Source: Phoronis australis
Lineage: Eukaryota; Animalia; Phoronida
Assembly: GCA_002633005.1 (NCBI GenBank)
Contig: NMRA01000031.1
Location: 843,185 to 907,184 of the forward strand
Direction: 5' to 3'
DNA length: 64,000 bases
Part shown: in pieces, positions 39,101 through 50,800 of the stretch
Numbering within the stretch: the stretch's first letter is position 1
Layout of the letters: every line of letters starts with the position of its first letter
The notes under the pieces: generated by a model
The model's input: the letters and a program-made list of their open reading frames with translations, nothing else
Database searches by the model: none
Told to the model about the DNA's origin: nothing
Program-made: the position numbers and the translations under genes

Positions 39101-40808
39101 CATTTAAAATGACATAGTTAAAATAAGGAATTTCATTAATAGAGGAATGCCCACTTAGCAAAAACAAAACTCAATCATGGTGTTGGATCCGCCATCTTGC
39201 GCAGTATCTGTTTATTGGATCATTTATTCACAAATACCGCAATCCTGCAATTGAGATAATAAAATCACCCTATAACAAGAAAGCAAATGTCACAAATTCT
39301 GAAATTTAGGTGATGCCCTGAAGTTTAATATGAAAGGATTTTGAAAAAGTTAGATACATGTTGCTTTTGTTACCTCAGCGAAGATTTATACAGAAAAACT
39401 ATAACACTTACCATATTGTTATATTCCAGTGGAACGCTTATATGAAACTTAAATTTTCCACCCAAATACATCCCATTGTCTGGTGTGATCGTCAGTGTGA
39501 ATTCGTGTAATTTGTCGGGATCACTGAAATAAACTTGGCACGATGTTGGAAGATATTGTTGCATCTCATGAACCTCTGAAACAACAACAACAACAATAAC
39601 AACACCAAAGCAGCACTATAAAGTGTAGAGGTTCTTTTAACTTGCCAGGATGACGATACAATCTTCCAAAATCACTATACCATTCGTAATGCTATCTCAC
39701 CAAAAAGTGATAGAACTGCTGGCAACCTTGACTGAAAAATCTGCAACCAGCGGGTAAATAGCATCTGCTGCCACCTGTTGGCTATTTAAATTTATTATTT
39801 TCCCCATATGGGTATAACACTAATTCAAGGAACAGATCTTAACATCGCATTGTCACTAAATGCCATGTTGTATCTCAAGCAGTAATAATACAGAGTTTCA
39901 TTCAGTAGACATGCTTGATTCTTCAACTCAACAGTAGTACATACAACGGTGTTGACATAAAATATTCAAAGAATGATGCCATAAACCTGCCTTCCATCAG
40001 CAGAATCAACTTTAAATTCGGACCGTCCACTTCTATAAAACTGGTCTCAACTATTTCTTTGCTCAAATTTACATTCCTTGGCATGGGAAGCTGGCAGTTC
40101 ATTATTAAATAACACTGAGCTTGTCACTAAAATTCATTTTTTTACGATATGTCAAGCACATTGCAAGCGACAACAAACTGTCATAAACCACCTACAATCT
40201 GATAAAAGAAAAAGTTTAGATAAATTATATAACAAAAAGAAGTATATATTATCAATAGATAGTTTTTGAAGGAAGGTTTATAGCAGTGTTATGCGTTTGT
40301 ACTAAACCTGTCAGGAAACTGCCTCAATAGGCTACAAGGATTCTTAGTGTTCATAAACATTTAAAGTTGCTGGACCCGAGTTTCGCAAATAGGACAGTTA
40401 AAATTCGAATTAAAGAAATCACGATCTTTCACCTTTGCAAAAACTCCCAAAGCCAATTGTTCTGACATTTTCTAACGATAATCGTAGATCAAATTTTTCC
40501 AGGGACACCGATTGAATCTGATCTGTGATTGTTAGAGAATGCAAGGCTTTGGGGATTTTTATTCCCAATGAATAAAATATGAAAAATTCGACTCCATGTA
40601 AATCGTAGCAGTCATAACCTAAATTTGTGTTCAGCAACTACATTACCATTGCAAATAAAGAATACACTTGCCAAAAAAAGTATGAACTTTGTCACTGACC
40701 TTTAACTAACAGTTTGTCTCTAACTGATATTCGTCCTGTTTTGTCCACTTTATGCAGCCCATCTCCCCTCTTAGTCGGTTCTTTGAGCTTTTTTGATAGA
40801 GTAATCAT
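36100..40808 (-). CDS. UBE2F: NEDD8-conjugating enzyme UBE2F, 183 aa: complement(join(36100..36153,37084..37146,37642..37700,38051..38153,39412..39575,40700..40808))
   Basis: Six exons join in phase. N-terminus [21 protein letters not shown]; [17 protein letters not shown] (HPN motif and catalytic Cys); [15 protein letters not shown]; [17 protein letters not shown]; C-terminus [17 protein letters not shown]. These are UBE2F-type rather than UBE2M-type motifs. Confidence 0.96.
36865..37113 (-). repeat. 45-bp tandem array (about 5.5 units) built from the last 30 nt of UBE2F exon 5 plus the first 15 nt of the intron; contains five 5' splice-site copies
   Basis: Unit on the - strand: GAAGCAGCTGAACACTATGA(GA/AG)GGGATAAG|GT(G/A)AGTTTGTAATGT. 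Donors start at 37083, 37038, 36993, 36948 and 36903. Confidence 0.95.
37084..37146 (-). CDS. UBE2F: UBE2F coding exon 5 ([21 protein letters not shown])
   Basis: tttcag / AAG|gtgagt; DPLNxEAA motif. Confidence 0.93.
37642..37700 (-). CDS. UBE2F: UBE2F coding exon 4 ([20 protein letters not shown])
   Basis: tttcag / AGT|gtaagt. Confidence 0.93.
38051..38153 (-). CDS. UBE2F: UBE2F coding exon 3 with catalytic Cys ([34 protein letters not shown])
   Basis: ttttag / G|gtgagt; UBC active-site motif. Confidence 0.95.
39412..39575 (-). CDS. UBE2F: UBE2F coding exon 2 ([27 protein letters not shown])
   Basis: tttcag / ATG|gtaagt. Confidence 0.93.
40700..40808 (-). CDS. UBE2F: UBE2F first coding exon ([36 protein letters not shown])
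   Basis: tttcag|AC-ATG acceptor 2 nt before the start codon; G|gtcagt donor. Confidence 0.92.
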
Positions 40809-41049
40809 GTCTGAAAACCACATTATTACAGTCATGCTTAAACCAAAAACATAGATATCAAGACAGACACTTTGTTTCACATTACAAACTTATAACATCA
40901 TACGTTAAAGCAGATGTTAGCCAGGTAGGATTTCAGGTGAATGAACACATTTGGTTGAAATACATACTCAAGTCTGACATTTCAAACTCAGACTCAGAAT
41001 CAAAATCGTTTTGAATTTAGGCAATTTAAACATTGACTTTAGAGAGTTT

Positions 41050-42357
41050 AGAGGTCATTGCATCAACTGCAATTCAACTGGCAAGCGATCAACCGAAATT
41101 TCTTCAAAAAATAGTGCGAGCCAGCGTCACTCTACGGAATATACCTGTAGATGCAGCACTCAGTCATGCACCGGCAGAAAGTAGTCCACCATGTCAGCGA
41201 CCAGCGAAGCAAAGAGTCAGCTGAGGTACAAGCAATTAATAGGAACAGCTTGCCAGTGTAGGCAAGGACTGGGCTACAAGACGGGAAGACAGCGAGGGAA
41301 AGATCTAAAGACCGAGACAGAAATAGAATAATCAGTGAAGTTAGATTGTCACAGAATGAAGAAAGGTATGCCCGAGCAGTCTAGATGGACCAGCAGGGGG
41401 TGTGGACGAAGTGGGACAAAGTCTTGCAAACGGAAATCAAGAGGGCTGATTTGTGGAAGATGTCTCCTCTGAAAGCCAAATTCCCTATCAGATCTGTTTA
41501 TGATGTACTGCCTACACCTAGTAACCTTACTACTGGGGGCTTTGCTGACAACCCGAACTGTGTCCATTGTGGACGCAGATGTACTTTAGAGCACATCCTA
41601 TCATCTTGCAGCGTGTCTTTGGCATCAGGAAGGTATACCAACAGACACAACTAGGTACTGAAAGTTTTCGCAAGGGTGATGGTTGAAGAAGCCAAGAACA
41701 AACCAAAGTCGAAAAACCACGGGATCAAATTCATCAGTTTCAGACGAAGTGGAGAAGAGCCAAGTAAGAGGAAGACCCAAGCACAGCAAGGCACCCTGCA
41801 CACAGCCAACGACACTGGAAAGTGTGGGCTGATCTTGCCGGTCACCAGTCATCCTTCCCACAGCACTTTGTCCAGACTACCCAGCGCCCTGAATTGGTCA
41901 TTTACTCGGACAGTTCCCACCAGGTCATCTTGATCAAGCTTACCATCCCGTGGTCGAGTAGGGTGGAAGAGGCACATGAGCGGAAGAACTTGAAGTATGC
42001 AGACCTGAATATAACGTCTGCAACGTGAACAACAGGAGATGTTGGTGTTTTTCAGTAGAGGTTGGCTGCCAGGGTTTTCCGGCCAGCTCAGTCACTACCA
42101 TGGTGAGGTCTCTTGGCGTCTCTGTGTCAGGAAAGAAGGCTATCCTATGCAACTTGGCCACCAAAGCAGAACAGGCATTTTGTTGGATTTCGATGAAACA
42201 CCAGCAGCAATACCATCAACAACCATCAGGCAGAGCCTGATCAACTCTGTTGTCCTGACTACTAGAGATGGTGTTGGTTTAGGGACGAAACCATTAAGGA
42301 CAGTAGGAGACCAACTGAAGATAACGGTTGAGCACAGTACCATCAAGTGTTTAAATT
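41050..42357 (+). mobile_element. 5'-truncated, decayed non-LTR retrotransposon of the R2 group (HERO-like, restriction-like endonuclease), antisense within the UBE2F 5' intron
   Basis: Broken ORF with TGRK*..IG..GLG, QGVWTKW, IRSVYDVLPTPSNL, CCHC knuckle CVHC-x7-H-x4-C, GRYTNRHN, RPELVIYS..IKLTIPW..AHERK..KY..L, VEVGCQGF; contains stops and frameshifts; boundaries approximate. Confidence 0.85.
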
Positions 42358-42687
42358 AAATTCTAGGGAAAATCGGTAAATCTTACATTCACTTGGGATT
42401 TGGTAAAACAGCCACCTTGTTGTTTGATGAGGCTATTAACTGTAGTTATCTCCCATCAAATTTAGGACTAACTAGGTAAAGAACAGAAAACTTTCCATTT
42501 CAATGATCAACACATTTGCCGTTAGTCTCAGCATGGTATCGGTTAAATAATTGAAGTGCCTCTGGTGTGGCCTGCCCAGAGGCAGTGCACTATGATACTT
42601 CACCATTAAAAGTTACTTATTTCAAAATACATTGATTAAGACTGACTGAAGCATACATACATGCAATGAGTTATAACTAACACATAC

Positions 42688-42790
42688 CAAAACACGGAAG
42701 ACAATTTAGTCAACACAATCTGAACATATTCAAATTCTGTCAAGTTTCTCTTGGGCTTCCTTCGTTGGCAGCCATTTTGAGTTGCACGTA
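42688..42790 (-). promoter_or_regulatory. Probable non-coding first exon / TSS region of UBE2F, with a YY1-type CAAAATGGC motif and two uORFs
   Basis: The first coding exon has an acceptor just before its ATG, so an upstream exon is required. A TTG|gtatgt donor lies at 42687, CAAAATGGCTGCC near 42779-42767, and GTCATGTGA (E/M-box-like) at 42812. Confidence 0.55.
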
Positions 42791-43819
42791 TACCGTATTC
42801 CCTATTCTTAAGTCATGTGATGTCCCCTAAGCTTATCAGTGCTTATTGTGTAGTGAAAAAGTTCACGGCAACCAAAAAGTAGAGTTGGTCATGCATCATT
42901 GAGGATATGTATCGAACCAGAAAAGATCGCTGAAGAAAGTAAGCACTTTTAGAAGTGATATTTTAAGTGTAAAATATATTTTTGACAAAGTAAAAAGGTA
43001 TTACTTGGTAGCCAAATTTGGACTACAGCCGCTTAAAATTCATGGGGCTGAAACTTGTACATAAGCCTGATGGGGAGTGTTATAGCCCTCATGACAGACC
43101 AATAGGAGGCTCTACTTGTTGCCTGTAAGTCTCGTTGCCAAGTAACCTTTATCTTACATCGGTGATGCTAACCTGAGGAATTCTATAAAAGTGGACTTTG
43201 CTACCAATTTTTATTGGCTCGTCAACACCACTGGATCTTATATCTCGATCTCTTTAAAACAAACCCATCAAACACTATAATGTAGTAAAGGGAATAAAGC
43301 TGCGCTCTCCCCATTCCAAATGAAATCTACCAGAAATCTTACTATGTTCTCGAAATCTTGCCAATGCGTGACGTTACTGTCGATCGCTAGCTAGAATGTG
43401 ATTGGATGCTACATGACTTTCTAAGTTTAGTTATACTGATTGATTGATGAAACATAACAGTAAATGAATTATCCCAGCTAGATATATAGACAAATGCACC
43501 ATAAAGCAGCAGGATTGAGAAAACAGTGAGACTTCCATCCAATTTCATTCTGAATGCACAGAGGACAGTTGCATTGCCTTGATGAAATTACATGTTTGGT
43601 CTTGGATGATCTTCTTCTTGGCTTAAGTAACCACACTCCCTCCAGAGTATTATGTCACTGTATAATAATGAAGATCAACAAAAACGAGAACAACTATAAC
43701 AGGTTTAAAAGGATATACCAAGTGGATGTCACTTCAGAGGTCGGTTAACATATCTAGATCGTTAACAGATAATGCAGTCAGTAAGCAGGTGCCCCAAATG
43801 GAAGCACCTCACTATGTTA

Positions 43820-43925
43820 CTTCAGAAAGACAGATAGCTTGCTGACAAAGATATCAAGAGAAGGGACTGATGTAATGCAGCCTGGTAATTAAGCTATTCC
43901 AGTTCGCGACTGTTCTCTTTTTCCT
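43820..43925 (-). mobile_element. Short LINE (CR1/L2-like) 3'-end remnant
   Basis: The - strand reads GKRTVANWNSL then, after a frameshift, LPGCITSVPSLDIFVSKLSVFLK*, resembling the WNxLP..SL..F...L C-terminus of LINE ORF2. Confidence 0.35.
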
Positions 43926-44753
43926 GTAATACGTCCTATATATTGGAATACTATAGTTGGATGACCTTCTGGTACAGATGCCCGAGACAGTAAGATCTGC
44001 GATAGAGGCAACATCAGAGTTGATGATCACTGACTTCTTATCATATTTGTAAAAAATTTTCAGCTGACAGATTTTGCGTCTGGGCCAGTTTAAGTTTTCT
44101 AACGATGAACCGAGGATAGACGATTGAACCGTCTCATGATGTATGAGAGGTATGTTCTAAAAAGAAAAGCTCCCCTAGTCACACATACACACACCAATCC
44201 CCCCATACATCAGTAAAATATAAAAAGTAGAGACTGTTCTTTAAGCTTTACAGGGTCAACTCATGCCTTCGTTCTCCTGCCCAAGACTCAAGTCATTAGT
44301 CAAATCAATGAAGAATACAACTCGCCTGCTAACTGTATCACATTGTCCCAGTTTTGCATTAAAATTGGGGGATTGAATTAAAATACGGCAAACTATATCT
44401 ACACACACTTACTTAAGGATATCTTGAGTAATGAATAGTTATTATCGTTTCAACGTTGGACGCTGAATCATCTTTCTGTTCATTTTTAGTAAACACGGAA
44501 GTGAGATATTACCCACAATTCCCAAGTAAGCCGCATAAAACAGTATTAAGTTAAATTATTTAAACAATTCAACCCATTTTCGTGAAGACTGTTACAAATG
44601 GTTATAGGAATAAACAAACTTAGTACCATAATAAATCACTAATAACATTTTTGAACAATTGTGAGCTTTTTTGCGAATTTGGAATTATTACAAGGGATAA
44701 GGAAGACTCGGTTGCCGAATGTAAACAGCATTTTATTTTTCCTTTCGCAACCA

Positions 44754-44812
44754 ATGTCTTCTGGGACCGATTTTTCGTGGCCATGGCAGTACAACTTTCC
44801 TCCATTCTTTAC
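44754..44812 (+). CDS. VPS25: VPS25 exon 1 (MSSGTDFSWPWQYNFPPFFT)
   Basis: Signature WPWQYNFPPFFT; AC|gtaagt donor. Confidence 0.95.
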
Positions 44813-47800
44813 GTAAGTAAATTTGTGATTAAATCTGACACAATTTTCCTTGTTACTGATCTTGTGCGCAGTCCAAGCAGACTGTAGCAACTTGCTTGGT
44901 TTGTTGTACCGTCAGACTCTCAGAGGTCCTAAAGTCGTGAGTGCCCTAAGCTAAAGTCGTGAACGATCGTATTTCCTCTTCTGCGCGGTCCTGCAACATC
45001 TGACGTTGAAGTTTCCAGCGTTCGTCTGCTTACGAACGTGAAACGAATACCGGGACGTGTTTGTATTCACAATATGATAACAAACAGTGAGTGAGTGGAT
45101 TCTTTTTTCAAATGTATCTTAAAAACAGCATATTTCACTAATTCACTTTTTTGTGCATTTTTGGGATATATTTTCGAAAATATTTATCGTTCAGATTTAC
45201 TCCAGGGGTAGCTTGAACAATGTATCAAAATGTCCCAGGGTCGATCAAGTTTTGTATGGCCAAAACAATTAAAATATAGAGCGATAATTGATGCTGGGTT
45301 CTTAGCGGTTTACGTGAACAACCTCATTGAAAACGTCTGTGCACATCAAAGTTGGGTGCAAAACATATAACAATTTATTTCAATTGAAACTGAATTAATA
45401 AACAATGCAATGCATTTTTATGTCGTCTAGAGTAATTGTAAGCACTGTACTAGTTGACTTGTGTGGTCATACTTCGTGCATTTCCATCTAAACGAAACGT
45501 TCACGACTTTAGGGCCTCATTCAAAATGGCCGGCGATATCAGCGACTGTTTTAAAACTCTTCTTACGGATACAAACAAGGATTAAGATTGTCAAAATACG
45601 TATATTTGTGAAGGCTGATGACATGACATCACATGAGCAGTTGCAAACGGACATTGGGTAGTATGACAATCAACTGCTTATAATGCTTATATTCACGACT
45701 TTGGGTCACCGGTGTATATATTCCAACTTTTGGAACTATTTGGCTAAAACGTGAGCAACACAAAATCTTGCTCAAAGTTAATGTTAATTTGACTCAGTTT
45801 CTCCCTGAAAAGAATGCTGTTATTTCATTATTATGTTGTGAAGTTGAGGAGTGATCATTTGCGTCAACTTCGAGCACCTTGGTTTGAAATTTAACGCTAT
45901 TTCAGTATTTGTTGGCCATTCGCTGAATCTTCTATCCACTGCCCACAGTTCAAGGCAAATTTCCAAAAGTGGCTGCACTTTGTTGTTAGTAGTTATGAGT
46001 ACTTTCTTACCAGCTAGCCGAAATTCTACGAAGATTTTGCTTTGTTGAAGTTGCCATTATCTCTCAAGGAGTCAAGAGGTGTCACTTTACCAAACAAAAA
46101 GTAGAGCAAATGACTTGTATGTATGTCGCGAGTGTACTGTTGAGAAATCTACATTTGACTTTTATTTGCCACAAAAGTGTGAGAGTGATAAGAAAATGGC
46201 ATTCATGAGATCCTATTTCTTTTCTAAAAACGTTTTTTAACGGACAAGGCAGTTGTCATTTGAATGTCACTTCAGTGTTGCCAAAACTTACCCACAGATG
46301 GATGTGCTAGACTCTGCTTCGAGTCTTGTTGTGAGAGTACTGCAAATGGAGTAATGGCATACTGAAAAAGCAAGCTTCGTTTAAATTGACAAATTTTTAC
46401 CCATATCATGCAGTAGCTGCGTTTTGACGTTCAGTCATACATATATATAGCTACTGTAGCTGTCTGAGCCGGACAGTAACCTTAGGCCTCAATATAATGC
46501 TTTTATTTTCAGATTACAACCAAATTTAGATACTAGGAACAAGCAGCTTGAAGCCTGGTGCAACTTAGTGTTGTCTTACCACAGACACGTCAAGAAGTAC
46601 ACACTAGATGTCACTGAATCACAGAACTCGCCACTGTTTTACAATAAAGCAATAGATAGTATCCTTTAATGTTTTGTTTTTTCGAGACTTTTTGATCATA
46701 TAATGAGCAATGTGTTTGTCATTACCTGCAAAGTAGAAAAGCACATTGGATGTCCTGTGACTGGAAATCGCATTTAGTTTAGTCTTTACGTATAATATGG
46801 CGCATTGAATAAAGTGAATCAGATTATTGATAATATCAGTCTGTATGAAAAATGATCAATTATTTATTTTATCTTGTTTCTGTAAAACAATATGTAGATT
46901 AATTACAAAACTGCATCAACTGACCAAAACTGATTTGTTAGCTAGACCACTTACCATTTTGAATCTGGTCTCAATTTGTTCTTTATTCATATTAGAGGGG
47001 ATTTCTGGACTTCAAAACAACTGACAGTTTGCATATTAGTCTTTAGATCATCCTCCACAAGTCACAGTGGGTCATTTTGTGCGTGAAGTATGATTTCAAA
47101 CAAATATGAACTGTGAGTTCTTTTCAAGTTCAGGAACCACCGTGACTTCTCATGTGGCTAAAGAACAAGCTGAGACTAATTTTTTAGCTGTAACTGGCCT
47201 TAATCCGTGTCGGAACATGGAGTTTGTGGCAGCTTCAATTGTATATAAGGGCCCTTAATCAAGACGCAGAATTACACTGGGCTTAGTAAGTGAATAAAAC
47301 AGTAGCAGTTGGTTTAGAAAATTATGAATAGATTATTTTCTTTCATAATGGAAAACATTTGCTAAGGTGCTTGGTTTAAAGAGTATGGATCTATCTTTTA
47401 GTGATTGTGGACAGTCTGTTTTTTAGGGTAATATGTTAGACAAAGCACATGAATGAAATTTCCTTAACTGGTGTCAGGAAAATTATCTCAGGAAATGATC
47501 AACATTGTTTTAGAAGATCTTAAACACAAAGGTAAATACAACTGATTATTTACGTGTTTTAGGCTAGTCAAATTAATTCTGATACTGTTTCTGTACTATG
47601 ATGTACTGTAGATGTCAGTGACTACTGTTGTTATTAGTAATGATGGGTTTAGATAAGGTTCTGAAAGCTGCTCACTTTTCTCTGTCTAAACTGAATGTTG
47701 TGTCTACCAGCTTTATAATATTTGACAGAATAGGATTTAATCACACTCATAAGACTTTGAAATTATGACTTCATGCTTAAAATGGTAGTACAATACAGGC

Positions 47801-50800
47801 CTAAATTTGATTTAGTTTGGTCAAGGGTGTTGCTTCTTTAATATTTGGTTCCATGTTTGAATAACCTTGACCATAAATAACCATAACTCAAAAAATTGAT
47901 TACGATTGGTCAAGCTTGAATTGTATTTTGCAATCCTGAATTGTGCACACATTTCTTGTTTTAAAAATGATTGCCAAGCTGTGGCTTTCCGGGCTTGGTG
48001 TTTAAAAGCCATCTGGCAACATTGTGTTTACTTAATTAATTAGTTACTAAAATTACACTAATTAACTTAATATATCAACTGTCATTTAATGTCTTGTCAT
48101 TTTGGCTTGGACTGGTTAACTAGTCCCTTTTGTCACTTAGAATTTTGTGAATGTTTGTACATCATCGGTGACATTCACATGCAATTTAGGCCTTTTGAAA
48201 TTGACATGCAAGGTCAGTGAAAGTAGTTCTTTGTGAACCCTGCTCTTAGTCATACAAATGTCCCAGCTAAACACAGCTTAACAAAGGAATTGTGGTCCTG
48301 GCTGAGAAGATATTTGTTTTATTATCCCCTATGATTTCTGAGTAGCCTAGCCCATATCAGAAACACATATGCACCTGAAATGCTAAAGTTGTCTAGCAAT
48401 TGTCAGTAAAATAATGGCATTTGATATAAGTGCTAATAATTCCACATTGTTTTGAATATCCATTATTTAGTTCTGTAGGTTGGTTGTTACAATGGTATGT
48501 AACTCCAAGATAATAAACCATTTATTTGGTGGTACTTTTAAGAAAATATAGAATTTTGCTTGTCCAAAGTTGTCTTTAATGTAATGATTTCCAAAAATAA
48601 ATCAAGTGTTTCGGTAATTGAGAACTGTCTCCAAATGTTTACATCTGATCGGTGTTTCAGGTAATGTTGAGTGGACTGATAAGAGCCGTAAACAGTGCTT
48701 GGTGATGTGGAGGACCCCGAGTGAGTGGGGCAAGCTAATATATCAGTGGGTGAGTGCTGGTTGATGTCTTGTTACATTGGAATATGTGAGCCACAGTTGA
48801 GGTGATTAATAAGAATTCATTTTTGACTAATTTAGACACACCTTTGGCACTTGGAAGTTATGGCAGTCTTCATGAAAAATCGCAATATTGAAGAAAGAAA
48901 TTTGGCACTACATCAAAGAATTATACCACTTTCCATTATAAATTGAACTTGTTCATTACTCAGTTGGGGAATGATTTCCAGGCTAAGAAAGCACTGACAG
49001 TTTGGTAGTATTAGATACGCTGTGACACGCCAACTTGAAGAGCTCTGGTCGCAAGTAGTTGCATGCTCCTAAATATGCTAATATATAGCAGGAACTAAAC
49101 AACAATGCTATTTTAACATAACCTATGCTAAACTAAGTGCAGTTGAATTCATTTATAATTTGTAAATGTGAAAACAAATAATTCTGCAAATAGGCGACCT
49201 TTGCGTTAATGAAGAACTTCGGGGGTTCACATCATGCAGTGTTACTCCCCACCACCACGTCGCGATACTCGCTGGACACGGTTCAGTGATTTGCTTAGGA
49301 TCATTTTCGCCACAAAACTAGTGCTTAAAAACATTTGGCAATTTTCAACCTACTTCAAAATCACATTGTCGTTCTGTTAACTAATTTGACCAAGCAATCA
49401 CAGAGATAAGGAATTAGCGAGCACGTGTCACTTTGAGTCAGATCCCCTCAAGTCCAGTTACTGTAATAAGTGTGAGGAACATGTTCATATCAGATTTATT
49501 GCACTAATTGGCCTAGATCAAATGTTTCCTTTTTGTAAAATTGGTCTCGTAACATTTCTTACTGTGATGGATACCATTTCCGTTTTCAACTCAAGACGCA
49601 GCCAATGCATACATATACACGCGCCATTTTCGAATCTGCAGTTGTACTATCCCCAATAAACTTGAGTCATTGTCTCGAGTTGCTGGTGGTTTTGATATTC
49701 TTGTTGATTATAAAAATTGTAAATGTTGATCTACTAGTATCCAAAAAGTTCATTCTGAATTGAATTGAATCTGGTCTGCTGGACAATTAAAATGCCTAGA
49801 ACCTCGAGACATCACGCCTCCTCCGAAGGGCATATGGAACTGTAAACCACTTGTTGATAGCGGAAATATAATTGGGAGTTTTACAGGACCGATGTCACGA
49901 GAGTAAAATGTCTAATTTTGTTTTTAGCCAGCTTGACAGGGTGAATTGTGGCTTTAAATCCCTGCTTCCTCTAATTGTAGGCTTCATCCCATGGCATGGT
50001 CAACTCAGTGTGTACATTATATGAGTTAAGTAATGGCGAAGACACAGTAGATCAAGGTTTGTCTGTGCTATGCATTGTGGGTCGTGACCAAGGCCAAGTG
50101 TTTACGAGATGTCTTTTTGTTTGAGAGTCAGTTTGAGCACTTGTTGAAAATACCTGTTCATCAACATTTTTCTTGCACTGTCGTCATGGTGAACACCGAC
50201 ATCTACAGTTGCAACTCTTGATTCCTCAGTTAAATAATTTTTGTTTTCTATGTGTTGCAGTCATGCTAGTTAAGACAATTAGTGAAAATATTACAGTTTT
50301 CTCGTTACACGCTTAGTTATAACAAAATTTCTCGAGACTGATCGTGGAGACTTGGATATACTTACAAATGCAGCCACTAAATTCTTTGTCATTTTTATAT
50401 CCAATAGTTTTTTTTTAATTGCAGGCGGTCTGATACACGGCCTTGCATGTGGGCCCATTGTACTGATCACCTGGAAATATTTTTATGCTTTATGGTTAAA
50501 ACCGAGCTGAGGAGCTAGAAACCTGGCTCAAGGGTTTAGCAGTGTGACTCAGTGGGACTTGAACCCACGACCTCGAGTAAAGAAAGCCGGCACTTATCAA
50601 CCAGGCCACACTGCCTCCTCATCCAATAGTTACATCTACTTTAGAAATTTACAGTAGTAGTTAGCCAGGTGTGATAGTTCCTGTTCAATTTAATTTTGCC
50701 CATTTGTTGTTAGGAGCCACTGTCACCAGCGACATGCCTAACTGGAAAAATTTTCATGCATCATTTCAGTTCTGTGTTGGTTTGGGACATGTCTAATGCA

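Noticed and set aside
42235-42335. Hammerhead ribozyme in the retrotransposon tail (GAAAC and CTGAAGA motifs)
   Set aside because: Could not build stems I-III with an NUH cleavage triplet in the required arrangement
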